Shown piece after piece: positions 1 to 10,963 of a DNA stretch of 64,000 nucleotides (the first letter of the stretch is position 1; the number at the start of each line of letters is the position of its first letter). The position numbers and the translations under genes are program-made. The notes below the pieces were generated by a model. The model was not told the DNA's origin. It worked only from the letters and a program-made list of their open reading frames with translations, and searched no databases. The DNA comes from Planctomycetales bacterium (GTDB taxonomy: Bacteria > 4484-113): positions 1 through 64,000 of the forward strand of contig JBBIRS010000002.1 of NCBI GenBank assembly GCA_037441675.1, read 5' to 3'.

Positions 1-59
1 CTAGAAGCTTTATCAGGGCGGTCAAGAACTATTACTGGCAATTGGCAGGTTATCGGTAA
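1..59 (+). CDS. Possible 3' end of an upstream gene (partial)
   Basis: Open frame RSFIRAVKNYYWQLAGYR ends at TAA 57-59 and overlaps the gcvT ATG (TAATG coupling). Too short to identify. Confidence 0.35.
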   Translation, partial: RSFIRAVKNYYWQLAGYR

Positions 60-1204
60 TGGCGAATGGCTCTAGGAAGACCCCACTTTATGAAAAGCAT
101 TTGCAACTAAATGGAAAGATAATTGAATTCGCCAACTATCTTTTACCAGTTTGGTATCAATCTCCCGATTTAGGGAGCATTAAAGAACACCTTGCGGTTA
201 GAAACTCTGCTGGAATGTTTGACCTTTCTCATATGGGCGAGATTTTTATCAGCGGAGAACGCGCCTTTGATTTTTTGCAGTACGTTCTATGTAATGACCT
301 TCGCAAGATTGGCAATGGTGGTTGTCAATATACACTACTTCCTACCGAAGAAGGTGGAGTTGTTGATGATTTGATTGTCTATCAATTTAATCCTGAGCAT
401 TATTTACTGGTCGTGAATGCGATAAATATCGAGAACGATTTCAATTGGTTGTGCAAATGGAACGATGAAAAAAAGTATCAGGTTTCAATTGATAATCGCT
501 CCTACGAATATGGACTTCTAGCGGTTCAGGGACCAAGGAGCGAAGATGTGCTAACAGAGGCTGGATTTGAAAATGTACATTGCATCCTTCCATTTACATT
601 TAGAAGAGTCAAACACAAAGAAATTGAGGTCTTTCTATCCGCTACAGGTTACACCGGCGAAAGAGGGTTTGAGCTCATATGCAAAAATGACTATTTAGTC
701 CCCCTTTGGGAAGAGCTTTGGCAAGCGGGTGAGAAGAGTAACGTTAATGATCAGTCGCTCATTAAGCCTGTAGGTTTGGGGGCGAGGGATAGCTTGAGAG
801 TAGAAGCTGGATATTGCCTATATTCCCACGAATTAAACTTAGAAACTAGCGTCCTTGAGGCAAATCTGGGGTGGACTGTGAACTTCCACAAGGAATTTGT
901 AGGTGATAAATTCCTTCTGGAGCAAGGCAAGAGTGGTGTTAAAAAACTACTCTTCGGGTTAAAGGTGGAAAGGGAATATGGAACCCCAAGGCAAGGAGCG
1001 AGGATTTTCACTTTAGAGCTGGAAGAAATTGGTTATGTTACAAGCGGGGTGTACTCTCCCGTGTTGGAGTGTTCAATTGCGCTTTGCTTCCTGAAGCAAG
1101 AATATGCTAAGCCCAAAATGAACGTATTAGTGGAGGCGAGAGGGAAAAATGTTCCAGCTATCCTTACTAAGCCTCCCTTCGTGAAACACAGATTATACCA
1201 CTAG
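59..1204 (+). CDS. gcvT: Glycine cleavage system aminomethyltransferase T
   Basis: Motifs KTPLYEKH, GMFDLSHMGEI, TGYTGERGFE, GLGARDSLRVEAG; first gene of the gcv cluster. Confidence 0.97.
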   Translation: MANGSRKTPLYEKHLQLNGKIIEFANYLLPVWYQSPDLGSIKEHLAVRNSAGMFDLSHMGEIFISGERAFDFLQYVLCNDLRKIGNGGCQYTLLPTEEGGVVDDLIVYQFNPEHYLLVVNAINIENDFNWLCKWNDEKKYQVSIDNRSYEYGLLAVQGPRSEDVLTEAGFENVHCILPFTFRRVKHKEIEVFLSATGYTGERGFELICKNDYLVPLWEELWQAGEKSNVNDQSLIKPVGLGARDSLRVEAGYCLYSHELNLETSVLEANLGWTVNFHKEFVGDKFLLEQGKSGVKKLLFGLKVEREYGTPRQGARIFTLELEEIGYVTSGVYSPVLECSIALCFLKQEYAKPKMNVLVEARGKNVPAILTKPPFVKHRLYH

Positions 1205-1222
1205 TAGGAGGGCGATGTTTTT

Positions 1223-1606
1223 ATGAACATTTTATATGAGAAGACTCACGAATATTTAAGAGAGGAAGACGGAAATTATTTTCTAGGAATATCCGCTTAC
1301 GCAGCTGAGCAACTCGGAGACATCACTTTTGTTGAGCTTCCAGAAGTGGGAAAAAGATTCAAGAAGGGCGAAGTTGTCGCAGTGATTGAATCTGTCAAGG
1401 CGGTTGGCGAATGTTATGCTCCGGTTGACCTTGAAATCACCGCTGTCAATAATGAACTTAAGACCAAACCTGAACTAATAAACCAGAATCCCACTGGAAT
1501 GGGTTACATCTGTCAGGTAAATGTGATTGAACCAAATCAGCTTGAACAGCTGATGAAAGCAGAAGAGTATGAGAAAATGTGCGAATCTCTTGAGAAGGGG
1601 CACTGA
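1223..1606 (+). CDS. gcvH: Glycine cleavage system H protein
   Basis: LGDITFVELP and lipoyl-lysine motif IESVKA; AGGAGG SD upstream. Confidence 0.97.
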   Translation: MNILYEKTHEYLREEDGNYFLGISAYAAEQLGDITFVELPEVGKRFKKGEVVAVIESVKAVGECYAPVDLEITAVNNELKTKPELINQNPTGMGYICQVNVIEPNQLEQLMKAEEYEKMCESLEKGH

Positions 1607-1702
1607 GTTTATTATTGGAGATGTTTTATTAACTTATATAGACTTTTACCAAAAGGATATTATTTAATTCAAACGATTAACAGATGAGAAGGAGGTATAG
1701 GG

Positions 1703-3067
1703 TTGCCTTACATACCCAACACTGACGAAGATAGGCGTGAAATGTTAGCGGTCATTGGCGTTAAAAGTTTAGAAGAACTTTTCGCAACCATCCCCGACGA
1801 GTTGAAGTTGAAGGATGAGCTAAATCTACCTGCCCCAATGGTGGAAAGCGAGCTTTACGCCCATATGAAAAGCATAGCTATGGAAAATGTTTCTTTTAGC
1901 GGGAATAGGAATTTCGCAGGAGCTGGCGTTTATTTACATTACATACCTGCGGTGGTAAAAGAACTTGTCCGTCGCGGGGAATTCTACACGTCATACACGC
2001 CATATCAGGCTGAGGTTTCCCAGGGTTTATTGCAAGCCATATTTGAATACCAAAGTTATATCTGCGCGCTAACTGGAATGGATGCTACTAACGCAAGTTC
2101 CTATGATGGTTCAACCGCACTTGTGGACGCGGTGGTAATGGCTAAGAATATCACCCGTAATTCTCGCATTATTCTTCTGCCGTTCGTTCATCCTCAGGCG
2201 GTAGAAGTTCTACAAACCTATAACATCGGACTTCATCTTAAGATAGAAAATATTGACGCAGATGAAAATGGAGATTTTTCGATAGATGAGTTAGAAGGGC
2301 AATTGAGAGGAGGCGACGTCGCTGCTGTTGTGCTTCAGGTGCCGAATTTTATGGGATTTTATCCCGAAGGAATTCCAAAAATTATCAACTTGGCTCATAA
2401 CTACTCCGCGTTGGTAATTATGTCTGTTTACCCCTTCGTCCTTGGCAGTATTAAGAGTCCAGGAGAGCTTGGAGTGGATATCGCAGTTGGCGAAGGGCAA
2501 CCCATGGGGATACCGTCAGGTTTTGGCGGACCTCTGCTTGGCTTTATTGCCACAAAAGAGAGTTACCTCAGGTATTTGCCGGGAAGGATAATAGGAAGAG
2601 CCAAAGCACTGAATGGGAGAGTAGGCTACGTAATGACCTTACAAGCCAGAGAGCAACATATAAGGCGAGAAAAAGCTACTTCAAGCATTTGCACTAATCA
2701 GGCGTTAGTGGCTATTCAGTGCGCAATATATCTTGGAGCGGTGGGCAAGGATGGGTTTCACAAGATTAGTCGATTGTGTGAAGAGAATGCTCACTACGCA
2801 TATCAAAAACTTACTCAAATGGATGGTATTAATCCGCTCTTCCAAAAAAAGGCACTATTTAACGAATTCGCTTTGGAAATTCAAGGAACTGGTAATGTGG
2901 ACGCGATATACAATGCTCTTCTTGTAAGGGGATGGCTACCTGGTGTAAAGCTTGGCAAGTTCTACCCAAAGTACCAGAATGGACTGCTACTCGCATTTAC
3001 CGAATTACATTCCAAAGCAATTATTGACGAGTTCTGTGATGACTTTGAGGAGGTGTTACGGAATTGA
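1703..3067 (+). CDS. gcvPA: Glycine dehydrogenase subunit 1
   Basis: TSYTPYQAEVSQG, REQHIRREKATSSICTNQAL; TTG start after AAGGAGGT. Confidence 0.97.
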   Translation: MPYIPNTDEDRREMLAVIGVKSLEELFATIPDELKLKDELNLPAPMVESELYAHMKSIAMENVSFSGNRNFAGAGVYLHYIPAVVKELVRRGEFYTSYTPYQAEVSQGLLQAIFEYQSYICALTGMDATNASSYDGSTALVDAVVMAKNITRNSRIILLPFVHPQAVEVLQTYNIGLHLKIENIDADENGDFSIDELEGQLRGGDVAAVVLQVPNFMGFYPEGIPKIINLAHNYSALVIMSVYPFVLGSIKSPGELGVDIAVGEGQPMGIPSGFGGPLLGFIATKESYLRYLPGRIIGRAKALNGRVGYVMTLQAREQHIRREKATSSICTNQALVAIQCAIYLGAVGKDGFHKISRLCEENAHYAYQKLTQMDGINPLFQKKALFNEFALEIQGTGNVDAIYNALLVRGWLPGVKLGKFYPKYQNGLLLAFTELHSKAIIDEFCDDFEEVLRN

Positions 3068-4524
3068 AGTTAATTTTTGAGAAATCAAAAAAAGGCGCTG
3101 GAAGGTTAAACGTTGCGGATTTTTCTGGAAGTACATTACCGAGTCCTTTTGTGCCAAAGGACCTAAGAAGGGAAGAACCCATTCCACTTCCTGAAGTAAG
3201 CGAGGTTGAGCTTGTTAGGCATTACCTAAAACTTTCTCAGGAGAATTACGGTGTGGATAGCGGTTTCTATCCTCTCGGTTCCTGCACAATGAAATACAAT
3301 CCCAAAATTAACGAGGAAGTAGCGTCCATAAGAGAATTCACTGAGCTTCATCCACTTCAACCTGAATTTACAACTCAAGGAGCTCTAAGGTTAATGTGGG
3401 AGCTAGCCCAATACCTGAAAGAAATATCTGGGATGGATGAAGTGAGCCTACAACCTGCAGCGGGAGCACAGGGCGAACTCACAGGAATGCTTGTCTCTCA
3501 AGCTTACTTTAGAGAAAAGGGTGAAGAGCGTCCGATTATGCTTGTTCCAGATAGCGCTCATGGCACTAACCCAGCCTCAGCTTCCGTTAGCGGATTTAAG
3601 GTCAAGGAGGTCAAGAGTGACAACCGGGGATTGGTTACTGTTCAAGCTATCAGAGAAGTTGTGGAATCGCTAGGAGAAGACAAAATTGCCGGTATCATGC
3701 TTACAAATCCGAATACCTTGGGCATTTTTGAAAAAGAGATATCAGCGGTAAGCAAGTATCTTCACGGAATTGGCGCACTTCTCTATTATGATGGTGCAAA
3801 TCTAAACCCTCTTCTTGCTTATGCTCGTCCAGCTGATATGGGGTTTGACATCGTTCACTTTAATCTTCATAAGACATTCTCCACGCCTCATGGCGGTGGT
3901 GGACCTGGCGCGGGTCCTATCGGTGTTACAAAGAGCCTAGCTCCATTTCTGCCATCCCCAATTTTAAGAAAAGGTGAGAATGGCAAATTTGAATTTTTTA
4001 GCCCAGAAAAATCAATTGGTAGGATGAAATTTTTCTATGGCAATTTCCTCATTCTAGTGCGCGCCTATGCATATATAAGAACTCTAGGGGCAGCTGGACT
4101 TAAAAGAGTTGCTGAAAACGCCGTCCTAAACGCTAACTATATTCAGGAAAGGCTCAAAGAGGCTTATGTGATTCCTTACTATCAAAGGTGCATGCATGAG
4201 TTTGTGCTTTCTTGTAAAAAGTATAAGGTTAACTATGGAATTACCGCTAGAGACATTGCTAAGAAATTGTTGGACAATGGAGTACATGCGCCAACAATTT
4301 ATTTCCCGCTGATAGTAGAGGAAGCGATGATGATTGAACCAACAGAAACCGAGAGTAAAGAAAGGCTTGATGAATTTTGTGAATTGATGCTTTCTTTTTC
4401 TAAGGCAATTGAAACTGACCCTGAGGAATTTAGGAAAATACGAAATTTGAAAAGCTACGGTTTCGATGAGGTTGACGCGGCAAGAAACCCTGTGGTGAAG
4501 TGGAGCCCCGAAGAGGACAATTAA
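3064..4524 (+). CDS. gcvPB: Glycine dehydrogenase subunit 2
   Basis: PLGSCTMKYNP, PLP lysine motif NLHKTFSTPHGGGGPG, MIEPTETES. Confidence 0.97.
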   Translation: MKLIFEKSKKGAGRLNVADFSGSTLPSPFVPKDLRREEPIPLPEVSEVELVRHYLKLSQENYGVDSGFYPLGSCTMKYNPKINEEVASIREFTELHPLQPEFTTQGALRLMWELAQYLKEISGMDEVSLQPAAGAQGELTGMLVSQAYFREKGEERPIMLVPDSAHGTNPASASVSGFKVKEVKSDNRGLVTVQAIREVVESLGEDKIAGIMLTNPNTLGIFEKEISAVSKYLHGIGALLYYDGANLNPLLAYARPADMGFDIVHFNLHKTFSTPHGGGGPGAGPIGVTKSLAPFLPSPILRKGENGKFEFFSPEKSIGRMKFFYGNFLILVRAYAYIRTLGAAGLKRVAENAVLNANYIQERLKEAYVIPYYQRCMHEFVLSCKKYKVNYGITARDIAKKLLDNGVHAPTIYFPLIVEEAMMIEPTETESKERLDEFCELMLSFSKAIETDPEEFRKIRNLKSYGFDEVDAARNPVVKWSPEEDN

Positions 4525-4649
4525 AACATTCTCAAATTTTACTCAAGGAATTTCATACTCTTCTCGCGTTAAGAGTGTATGCCCCTATACTCCTATATTG
4601 AATTATTAACCTTACCGCACTCTAACTGCTTTTCCTGCTAATATTTTGA

Positions 4650-5777
4650 ATGATGAGAATCGCCTTTTTCACCTCTAGGATGCTTCTTGGCTACGGAGTA
4701 GACCTTGCAGTTGCTGAAATCGGAAAGAGGCTAGTCCGTGAAGGTCATACTGTAACAATTTATACTACGGATTTTGATGACACTTATCTTGACTATTCTT
4801 TTGAGATTAAGAAATTCAATATTGCTGGCGCTCAGTTTAACCGCATACTTCCTATTTATGAGCTGAACACCCAACTTGCGCTTAGAAAAATTAGAGATGA
4901 GCTTGAAGGCTTTGACGTTATTGTTTCTGCTACTTTCCCCTTTTACGGTATGTGGATAGCGACAAAGAAGCCAACAGTCTTCTTTGACTTTGGAAATGTC
5001 CCAACAAAGGGTTTTACATGGAAGGGAAAATTAAACTGGTTGTATCTCCACTTGATTGAAACCTACTTGCATTCATTAAGGGCATCAAGAATAGTCACTA
5101 TCTCTCGGTTTTTATCAAGAAGATTTCTTCCTGAAACCAGAAAAAAGTTGGAGGTAATATATCTTGGCGGTGATCATTACTATAGCTTACTTGGAGAAAT
5201 TCAAAGAGATGTAGAAATAGAAATAAGGAGAAAAGCTAGGCGTCAATGGAAAATAGAGGATGACGCGGTTGTAATTGCCTGCTGTACTAGATTGCATAGA
5301 AAGCATGCGCCCTATAAGGGATTAACAAACCTCTTAAAACTCTACTTAAAATTAAAGGAGCGGTATAGGATAATTTTAGTATTGGCTGGCATCGGTTCAT
5401 CAGAAGATGTTAATTGGCTCAAGGATGAAGGCGCTATACCTCTGGTGAAGCTTCCTCCAAGGGAGATGCCTAAATTTTATCTCTCCGCAGATATTTATGT
5501 AACGATGACAGAGTGGGAGGGGCTAAATCTGCCAATCCTTGAGGCGAGCTGGTTTGGAGTGCCATCTGTGGCGTATCGTGTCGCTGCGCATCCGGAAATA
5601 CCTGCCTCCATCTTAGTGGATACACCACAAGAGTTCATTGAAGCGCTATCAAACTTAATTGAGAACCCGACTTTCAGGCGAGACTTAGGCGAAAAATCTC
5701 GCGAACAGGCCGGAAAGTTCAATTGGGACGCAACCGCACATCAATTCTCAATGCTTCTAAAATCTCTCTCGGAATGA
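4650..5777 (+). CDS. Glycosyltransferase family 4 (GT-B)
   Basis: C-terminal EX7E motif EGLNLPILE, ADIYV, KFNWD. Confidence 0.85.
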   Translation: MMRIAFFTSRMLLGYGVDLAVAEIGKRLVREGHTVTIYTTDFDDTYLDYSFEIKKFNIAGAQFNRILPIYELNTQLALRKIRDELEGFDVIVSATFPFYGMWIATKKPTVFFDFGNVPTKGFTWKGKLNWLYLHLIETYLHSLRASRIVTISRFLSRRFLPETRKKLEVIYLGGDHYYSLLGEIQRDVEIEIRRKARRQWKIEDDAVVIACCTRLHRKHAPYKGLTNLLKLYLKLKERYRIILVLAGIGSSEDVNWLKDEGAIPLVKLPPREMPKFYLSADIYVTMTEWEGLNLPILEASWFGVPSVAYRVAAHPEIPASILVDTPQEFIEALSNLIENPTFRRDLGEKSREQAGKFNWDATAHQFSMLLKSLSE

Positions 5778-6631
5778 AAAGCACAATAATTGAAATAAAT
5801 CTAACCTGGATGCTACTGAACTTAGTTCTTCTTTGCGTTTATGTTCCTCTTAGTACCCTAACCATCCAGCACTATATTGGGAATGAAGAGAGAGCCTTTC
5901 CGATTGCGTTACGCAATTACTTCATCCTTATACCGCTTTTTGGCTGGAGTAGGATTTGGTATGGCAATAATAATCGCCACCATCTTGCCTACACTGATTC
6001 TTGGTTTTTATCAGGTAAGTTTTATTAGTCCACCTGATCTGCCAAGCCATCCGTTCCCTATGCTTACTTTCAATCCCATAGATTTCGCTTTTTTCACGCT
6101 CACTATGAGCCTCTTTGAGGAATTAGCCTTTAGAGGAATTGGTATATTGCTTCCTACGCTTATACTGGGATCTCTTGTATAGTTCATTCTCAGAGCAGGC
6201 ATAATTCAGAAAAAAGGCTTTCAGCTGGTTCTTCTCTGAACTCAGTCTTTATCTCTAGTGTTATCTTCTCAATCGTCCACGCCTCTAATCCAAACTCATC
6301 ACTATTATCCTCAGTTAATATATTCCTTGCAGGAGTGCTGTTAGGCATTGCTTTCATATTATTTAGGAGCATTTTAGTTGTCCGGGGAATACACTTTGGA
6401 TGGAATTTCTTCCTAGAATTCCTCAACCTTCCCATCTCTGGAGTTACCTTTTCAACAACTTGGCACCCTATATCACTTCAACTACGCAAGGAAATTACGC
6501 TCTTAGGCAAAGACTTTGGACCGGAGGCGAGTATTGTTCTAACCATTTTGTTGCTAGTGTTAATCGGGTATTTATTGACGTTTATACAGCGAAGTATCCA
6601 TTCTTATCCTAAATCCGAAGAGATTGATTAG
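5774..6631 (+). pseudogene. Disrupted CPBP/Abi (CAAX-protease-like) intramembrane metalloprotease
   Basis: EELAFRG, FSIVH and IHFGWN motifs are split across frames. Frameshift near 5875, stop TAG 6180-6182, second frameshift between about 6180 and 6240. Confidence 0.8.
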
Positions 6632-6640
6632 CCTGGCGGT

Positions 6641-8371
6641 TTAGCTTTCAAAAAGCGAAACAATTTCAAACTTGTTAACATCCACAAGCCCTTTATCGGT
6701 AAGCTTTAATTCTGGAATTACAGGCAGAGCAAGAAATGAAAGGGACATAAAGGGATTATCCAAGCTAGATGAGAGTTTTTCCTTAACTGCGCGCAAAAGA
6801 AGAGTGAGTTTGCGCGCGGTTTCAGTCGCACTTTCAACACTCATCAAACCGGCAAGTGGTAGTGGAACTGCTCCTATAATACTTCCATCATTAACTGCTA
6901 TGAGCCCTCCGTTCAAACGGGCAAGTTGGTTTATCGCGTATGCCATATCATTATCATTCGTGCCGACGCATATAAGGTTATGTGAGTCGTGCGCTACAGA
7001 AGATGCAAGAGCGCCACTTTTTAACCCAAAACCTTTCACGAAGCCAACCGAAAGCTTACCTTGTCCGCTGTAACGCTCTACAACCGCTAGTTTAAGAATG
7101 TCCTCAGTAGGATCAGGCACAGCCTTACGCATTCCATCTACTTCAATCACCTCGCCCTTTGTGAAAATTTGCCCAAGAATAACGTTTATTACACGCATCT
7201 TGCTGCCACTTGGTTGAACCTTGAAGTCATCCGCTGATAGTTGACGGTTCAGATTGACTGAGCGTATTGCCCATTCAGGTATGGTTGGCGAAGAGATAGG
7301 AACGATGAGCTCGCTATTCTCCGCAACCATCTTTCCATCCTTGAAAACCGCAAGAGGCTTAAGCAAGTCCTCTTCTAAGTTATGAAGAAACTGAAAATCC
7401 GCCTTGTATCCAGGAGCGATAGCCCCGCGAAAGTACAATCTGTAGTAAGATGCTGGATTAAGTGACGCCATTCTAAATGCAGTCGTAGGTGAGATGCCGT
7501 TGCGAACAGCGAGGTGGACACTTGCGTTTAGATGACCGACTTCAAGAATATCAACCGGATCTTTATCATCGCTAACTATACACATTCTACTCATTGTAAA
7601 GTCATTTACTAATGGCAACAGCTCAAGCAGATTCTTTTCCGTTGTGCCCTCGCGCAAAAATATCCACATTCCTTTTTTGAGCTTCTCCCTTGCTTCTTCC
7701 ACGCTTGTACATTCATGATCTGAAAGAATGCCACCACAGAGGTAGGCGTTTAGATCGTTACCGAGAAGACCTGGAGAATGCCCATCAACTATCATTTTTC
7801 TCTCATGGGCTAATTTCAGCTTCGCCATAACTTCTCTATCGTGAAAGATGACGCCGGGAAAATTCATAAGCTCAGCAAGAGCGACAATGCGAGGATTAAG
7901 TGTTAGCCTTTCTAAGTCTTCTGCGGTAATTTTTGCGCCTGAGGTTTCCATGTGAGTGGCTGGCACGCAGGAGGAGAGAGTGAAATAGAAATCAAAAGGT
8001 AAACTCTCCGAGAGTTTTAGCATAAGTTCTATTCCTCTTATGCCAAATACGTTGGCAATCTCGTGGGGATCGGAGACAGTAGAAGTTGTCCCCTTTGGAA
8101 GCACGGCGCGTGCAAATTCTGCTGGGGTTAGCATAGTCGATTCAATATGAATATGTGCATCCATGTAAGTTGGGGCGATGTATTTGCCTTTTAGGTCTAT
8201 TACTCTACCTGCATTCGTATAGGAGCCGACGCCAGCAAAGTAGCCATCCGCGATAATAACATCACCGCTCTCAATCTTTCCTGATAGCACATTCACAATC
8301 TGCGCATTTTTTATGAGCAGATCTGCCGGCTCCTCGCCTCTTGCTACTCGTATCAACCTTTCATAATCCAT
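6641..8371 (-). CDS. ade: Adenine deaminase
   Basis: DAHIHIESTM, DPHEIANV, SDHEC, SVAHDSHN, FLALPVIPELKLTDKGL. Confidence 0.96.
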   Translation of the reverse strand: MDYERLIRVARGEEPADLLIKNAQIVNVLSGKIESGDVIIADGYFAGVGSYTNAGRVIDLKGKYIAPTYMDAHIHIESTMLTPAEFARAVLPKGTTSTVSDPHEIANVFGIRGIELMLKLSESLPFDFYFTLSSCVPATHMETSGAKITAEDLERLTLNPRIVALAELMNFPGVIFHDREVMAKLKLAHERKMIVDGHSPGLLGNDLNAYLCGGILSDHECTSVEEAREKLKKGMWIFLREGTTEKNLLELLPLVNDFTMSRMCIVSDDKDPVDILEVGHLNASVHLAVRNGISPTTAFRMASLNPASYYRLYFRGAIAPGYKADFQFLHNLEEDLLKPLAVFKDGKMVAENSELIVPISSPTIPEWAIRSVNLNRQLSADDFKVQPSGSKMRVINVILGQIFTKGEVIEVDGMRKAVPDPTEDILKLAVVERYSGQGKLSVGFVKGFGLKSGALASSVAHDSHNLICVGTNDNDMAYAINQLARLNGGLIAVNDGSIIGAVPLPLAGLMSVESATETARKLTLLLRAVKEKLSSSLDNPFMSLSFLALPVIPELKLTDKGLVDVNKFEIVSLFES

Positions 8372-8591
8372 CCACTACCTCCTGAAAAGCTGAAATTATA
8401 TCAAGGCTAATCTACCAAAGTAAGCATAACCACTTGTTAATCCTAGTTCCCTAAAAGCCATACTATAAAAATCTTAACTCATTCAACCAGCTATCCAATT
8501 TTGGATTTGAATTTGATGTTTAAGACTGCTTTTTACGAACTTATAGTAAAATTAATGCGTAATCTCTAGTGACATATAAGGACAGCTCAAA

Positions 8592-9257
8592 ATGGTAAAG
8601 AAAGCATATCTTACATTATTTTTCCTTTTTACTTTATTATTATTTTCCTCACCACTCGCTCTTTCCGAGGAAGCAGAGACGCAAGTTGATCAAGCTATTT
8701 CAGGTGAAAAAAGCGAAGAAGAAATTCCAACTGAATTAGAAACTTCCCTGCCTCGTTTCAAAAATGTTGGACTTTTACGCTTCAAGAATGATACTAGTGT
8801 GATGAGGGCTAGTGAAAAAACTAGACGGATTTTTCGGGATAGGCTTCAGCGCAGATTTCCGAAAGTCAACTTTAAGTTAATTGACCTGCCAAAAGAAGAA
8901 AACTTAGATGAGCCATTGCTTCTAAAGCAAGCTCAAAGAATTGGCGAAAAGTATGGCGTTGATGCTCTAATCGATGGAGATATCATTGGTTTTAAGATTA
9001 CGGGGGGAGGATGGCCTAGCAGGTCAGTAAGTTATCCTGAAGTACTTTCGGTAATGCAAATAAGGATTGTTGAGACTGAGAGGGGAACAATTCTTTTGAA
9101 GTATAATCATGCCCCGAAAAAACCTAAGCTCTACCCGCAATCCATTCGCACTGAAGAGGAGCTTTTCGGAAGAGTCATTAGGGATATTGTTGATGAGTTT
9201 TCAGAGAAGATGAAGAAAGAAGGCATCTTCTACGAGGAAGAAGAGGAAAAAGAGTAG
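8592..9257 (+). CDS. Secreted protein, CsgG/LpoB/PelC-like fold
   Basis: Signal peptide; VGLLRFKN...AQRIGEKYGVDALIDGDI pattern typical of the TolB-N/CsgG-like superfamily. Confidence 0.5.
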   Translation: MVKKAYLTLFFLFTLLLFSSPLALSEEAETQVDQAISGEKSEEEIPTELETSLPRFKNVGLLRFKNDTSVMRASEKTRRIFRDRLQRRFPKVNFKLIDLPKEENLDEPLLLKQAQRIGEKYGVDALIDGDIIGFKITGGGWPSRSVSYPEVLSVMQIRIVETERGTILLKYNHAPKKPKLYPQSIRTEEELFGRVIRDIVDEFSEKMKKEGIFYEEEEEKE

Positions 9258-9977
9258 ATGGGCAGAAAGGGATTGCTCTTCTGCTTTGAAGGTGGAGAGG
9301 GTTCGGGCAAGACTACTCAAGCGAAGAGGCTTTACGACTCCTTGATACAAAAGGGATTATCTGTAATCCTGACACGAGAGCCTGGCGGGACACCTTTTGG
9401 AGAAACTCTTAGGAGAATTCTTCGCTCAAGTGAATTTGAACTTACACCAACAGAGGAATTTTTGTTATTTTCCGCAGCTCGAGCTCAACTCGTGCGGTCG
9501 GTAATTAAGCCAAGCCTCCTTGAAGGAAAACATGTAATTCTTGATCGGTACTTTTATTCAAGTTTCGCGTATCAGGGTGGAGGAGGAGGGTTAGACCTAA
9601 CTTGGATGCGTGAAATTACAGAGAGGCTCGTTGGTGACGCAACTCCTGACCTTGTATTTTTCCTGGATATCGATCCCAAAATTGGATTATCCAGACGTTT
9701 CAAAGGCAAACTATTTGAAGAAGATAAGGTGGAGGAAAGTAGTTCATTTCTGCGGGTGAGAAGAAACGCACTAAAGAAATCTCGTGATTCATCTGAAATA
9801 GAGCGCTTTCAGGCAAAAGGGTTGGATTTTCACAATCGCGTTCGGTCTGCATTTAAGAAATTGGCTAAGGAGAATCCGTCAATCTTCGTTACAATCGACG
9901 CTGATAAAAGAGAGGAGGAAATAGCCCAAATGGTGTTTTCTGCTGTTAGTGGTCTGCTTTTCACTTCTAAGAATTAA
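9258..9977 (+). CDS. tmk: Thymidylate kinase
   Basis: FEGGEGSGKTTQ P-loop, TREPGGT, LDRYFYSSFAYQG. Confidence 0.96.
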   Translation: MGRKGLLFCFEGGEGSGKTTQAKRLYDSLIQKGLSVILTREPGGTPFGETLRRILRSSEFELTPTEEFLLFSAARAQLVRSVIKPSLLEGKHVILDRYFYSSFAYQGGGGGLDLTWMREITERLVGDATPDLVFFLDIDPKIGLSRRFKGKLFEEDKVEESSSFLRVRRNALKKSRDSSEIERFQAKGLDFHNRVRSAFKKLAKENPSIFVTIDADKREEEIAQMVFSAVSGLLFTSKN

Positions 9978-10089
9978 AGAGTCATAGCTTTTATATTCTT
10001 CTGTTTGATTGAAGGCTAATTTAGAGGGCAAGGTGCAAGGTGGCTTTATGATTTCATCCTTTGCATATTTCTCGTTAGAATAGTATTGG

Positions 10090-10179
10090 GGAGAGGTGGC
10101 CGAGAGGTTGAAGGCGGCGGTCTCGAAAACCGCTAGGCGGAGTAATCCTGCCTCGGGGGTTCGAATCCCCCCCTCTCCG
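10090..10179 (+). tRNA. tRNA-Ser (anticodon CGA)
   Basis: Acceptor stem GGAGAGG/CCTCTCC, anticodon arm GCGGT-CTCGAAA-ACCGC, long variable arm, GGTTCGAATCC T-loop; no encoded CCA. Confidence 0.96.
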
Positions 10180-10533
10180 TTACATCAGTATGGAATTGCT
10201 TGCCATAAGAGTAGCTGAAGAGGCATGCTCAGAACAAACGGTAAAACGTGGCACGAACTCTTGAAAAGAACCTGAAGCCAGCCCTGAGCGAAAGTGAAGG
10301 AAATTCACTACCCCTCCGCCCGCCAGGATACTGCCGATGTTTTGAGCGAAATAGGTAGGCAGATAGCCAGTTATAGATTACTCTCCTTAACTGAGGTAAT
10401 TGGGATAATGCTGGCGTGGCTAGAATAATTTAAGTTCTGGTTCCAGTTGAAATTAGATAGTTAACTGTGCCTTGAGAAAATTGCAACCTTTGGTAAAATG
10501 TTTTTTGCGAAAATTCTGTAATAAGGTAGGATT

Positions 10534-10779
10534 ATGAAAACGGGAATACATCCAGAACTAAAAATTGCGACGGTAACTTGTGCGTGCGGGAACACGTTTC
10601 AGGTTCTGTCAGTCCGGGAAAAGATCAGCGTTGAGGTCTGCAGTCAGTGCCACCCGTTCTTCACTGGTAGAAGAACCATCGTAGATACTACAGGACGTGT
10701 GGAGAGGTTTATGCAAAGGGCTGCTCGCGCAGTGTCTCAGGAGGAATTGAAAAAAACGAAACGGCGAAAGAAATCCTAG
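10534..10779 (+). CDS. rpmE: 50S ribosomal protein L31 (zinc-binding type)
   Basis: [27 protein letters not shown]. Confidence 0.97.
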   Translation: MKTGIHPELKIATVTCACGNTFQVLSVREKISVEVCSQCHPFFTGRRTIVDTTGRVERFMQRAARAVSQEELKKTKRRKKS

Positions 10780-10963
10780 CCTTCAGCTTTTAACCCATCC
10801 CGATTTAGTTTCCAACACTTTAGCTATCCTTGCCAGACTTTTTGCGCTTTACCTACAGGATTGAAAGCACCTTTAAGGCTTAGCTGGTCTTATTCTATAT
10901 AGTTAGCGTCTTTCCTAAAATTTAGAGTGTTATTAAAATGGTAGTATTTTAGAAGCGAAAATT

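Noticed and set aside
10180..10345. att-site duplicate or REP remnant after tRNA-Ser (GCCCTGAGCGAAAGTGAAGG...CCCCTCCGCC)
   Set aside because: Single degenerate copy, too short a match to the tRNA 3' end, and no integrase.
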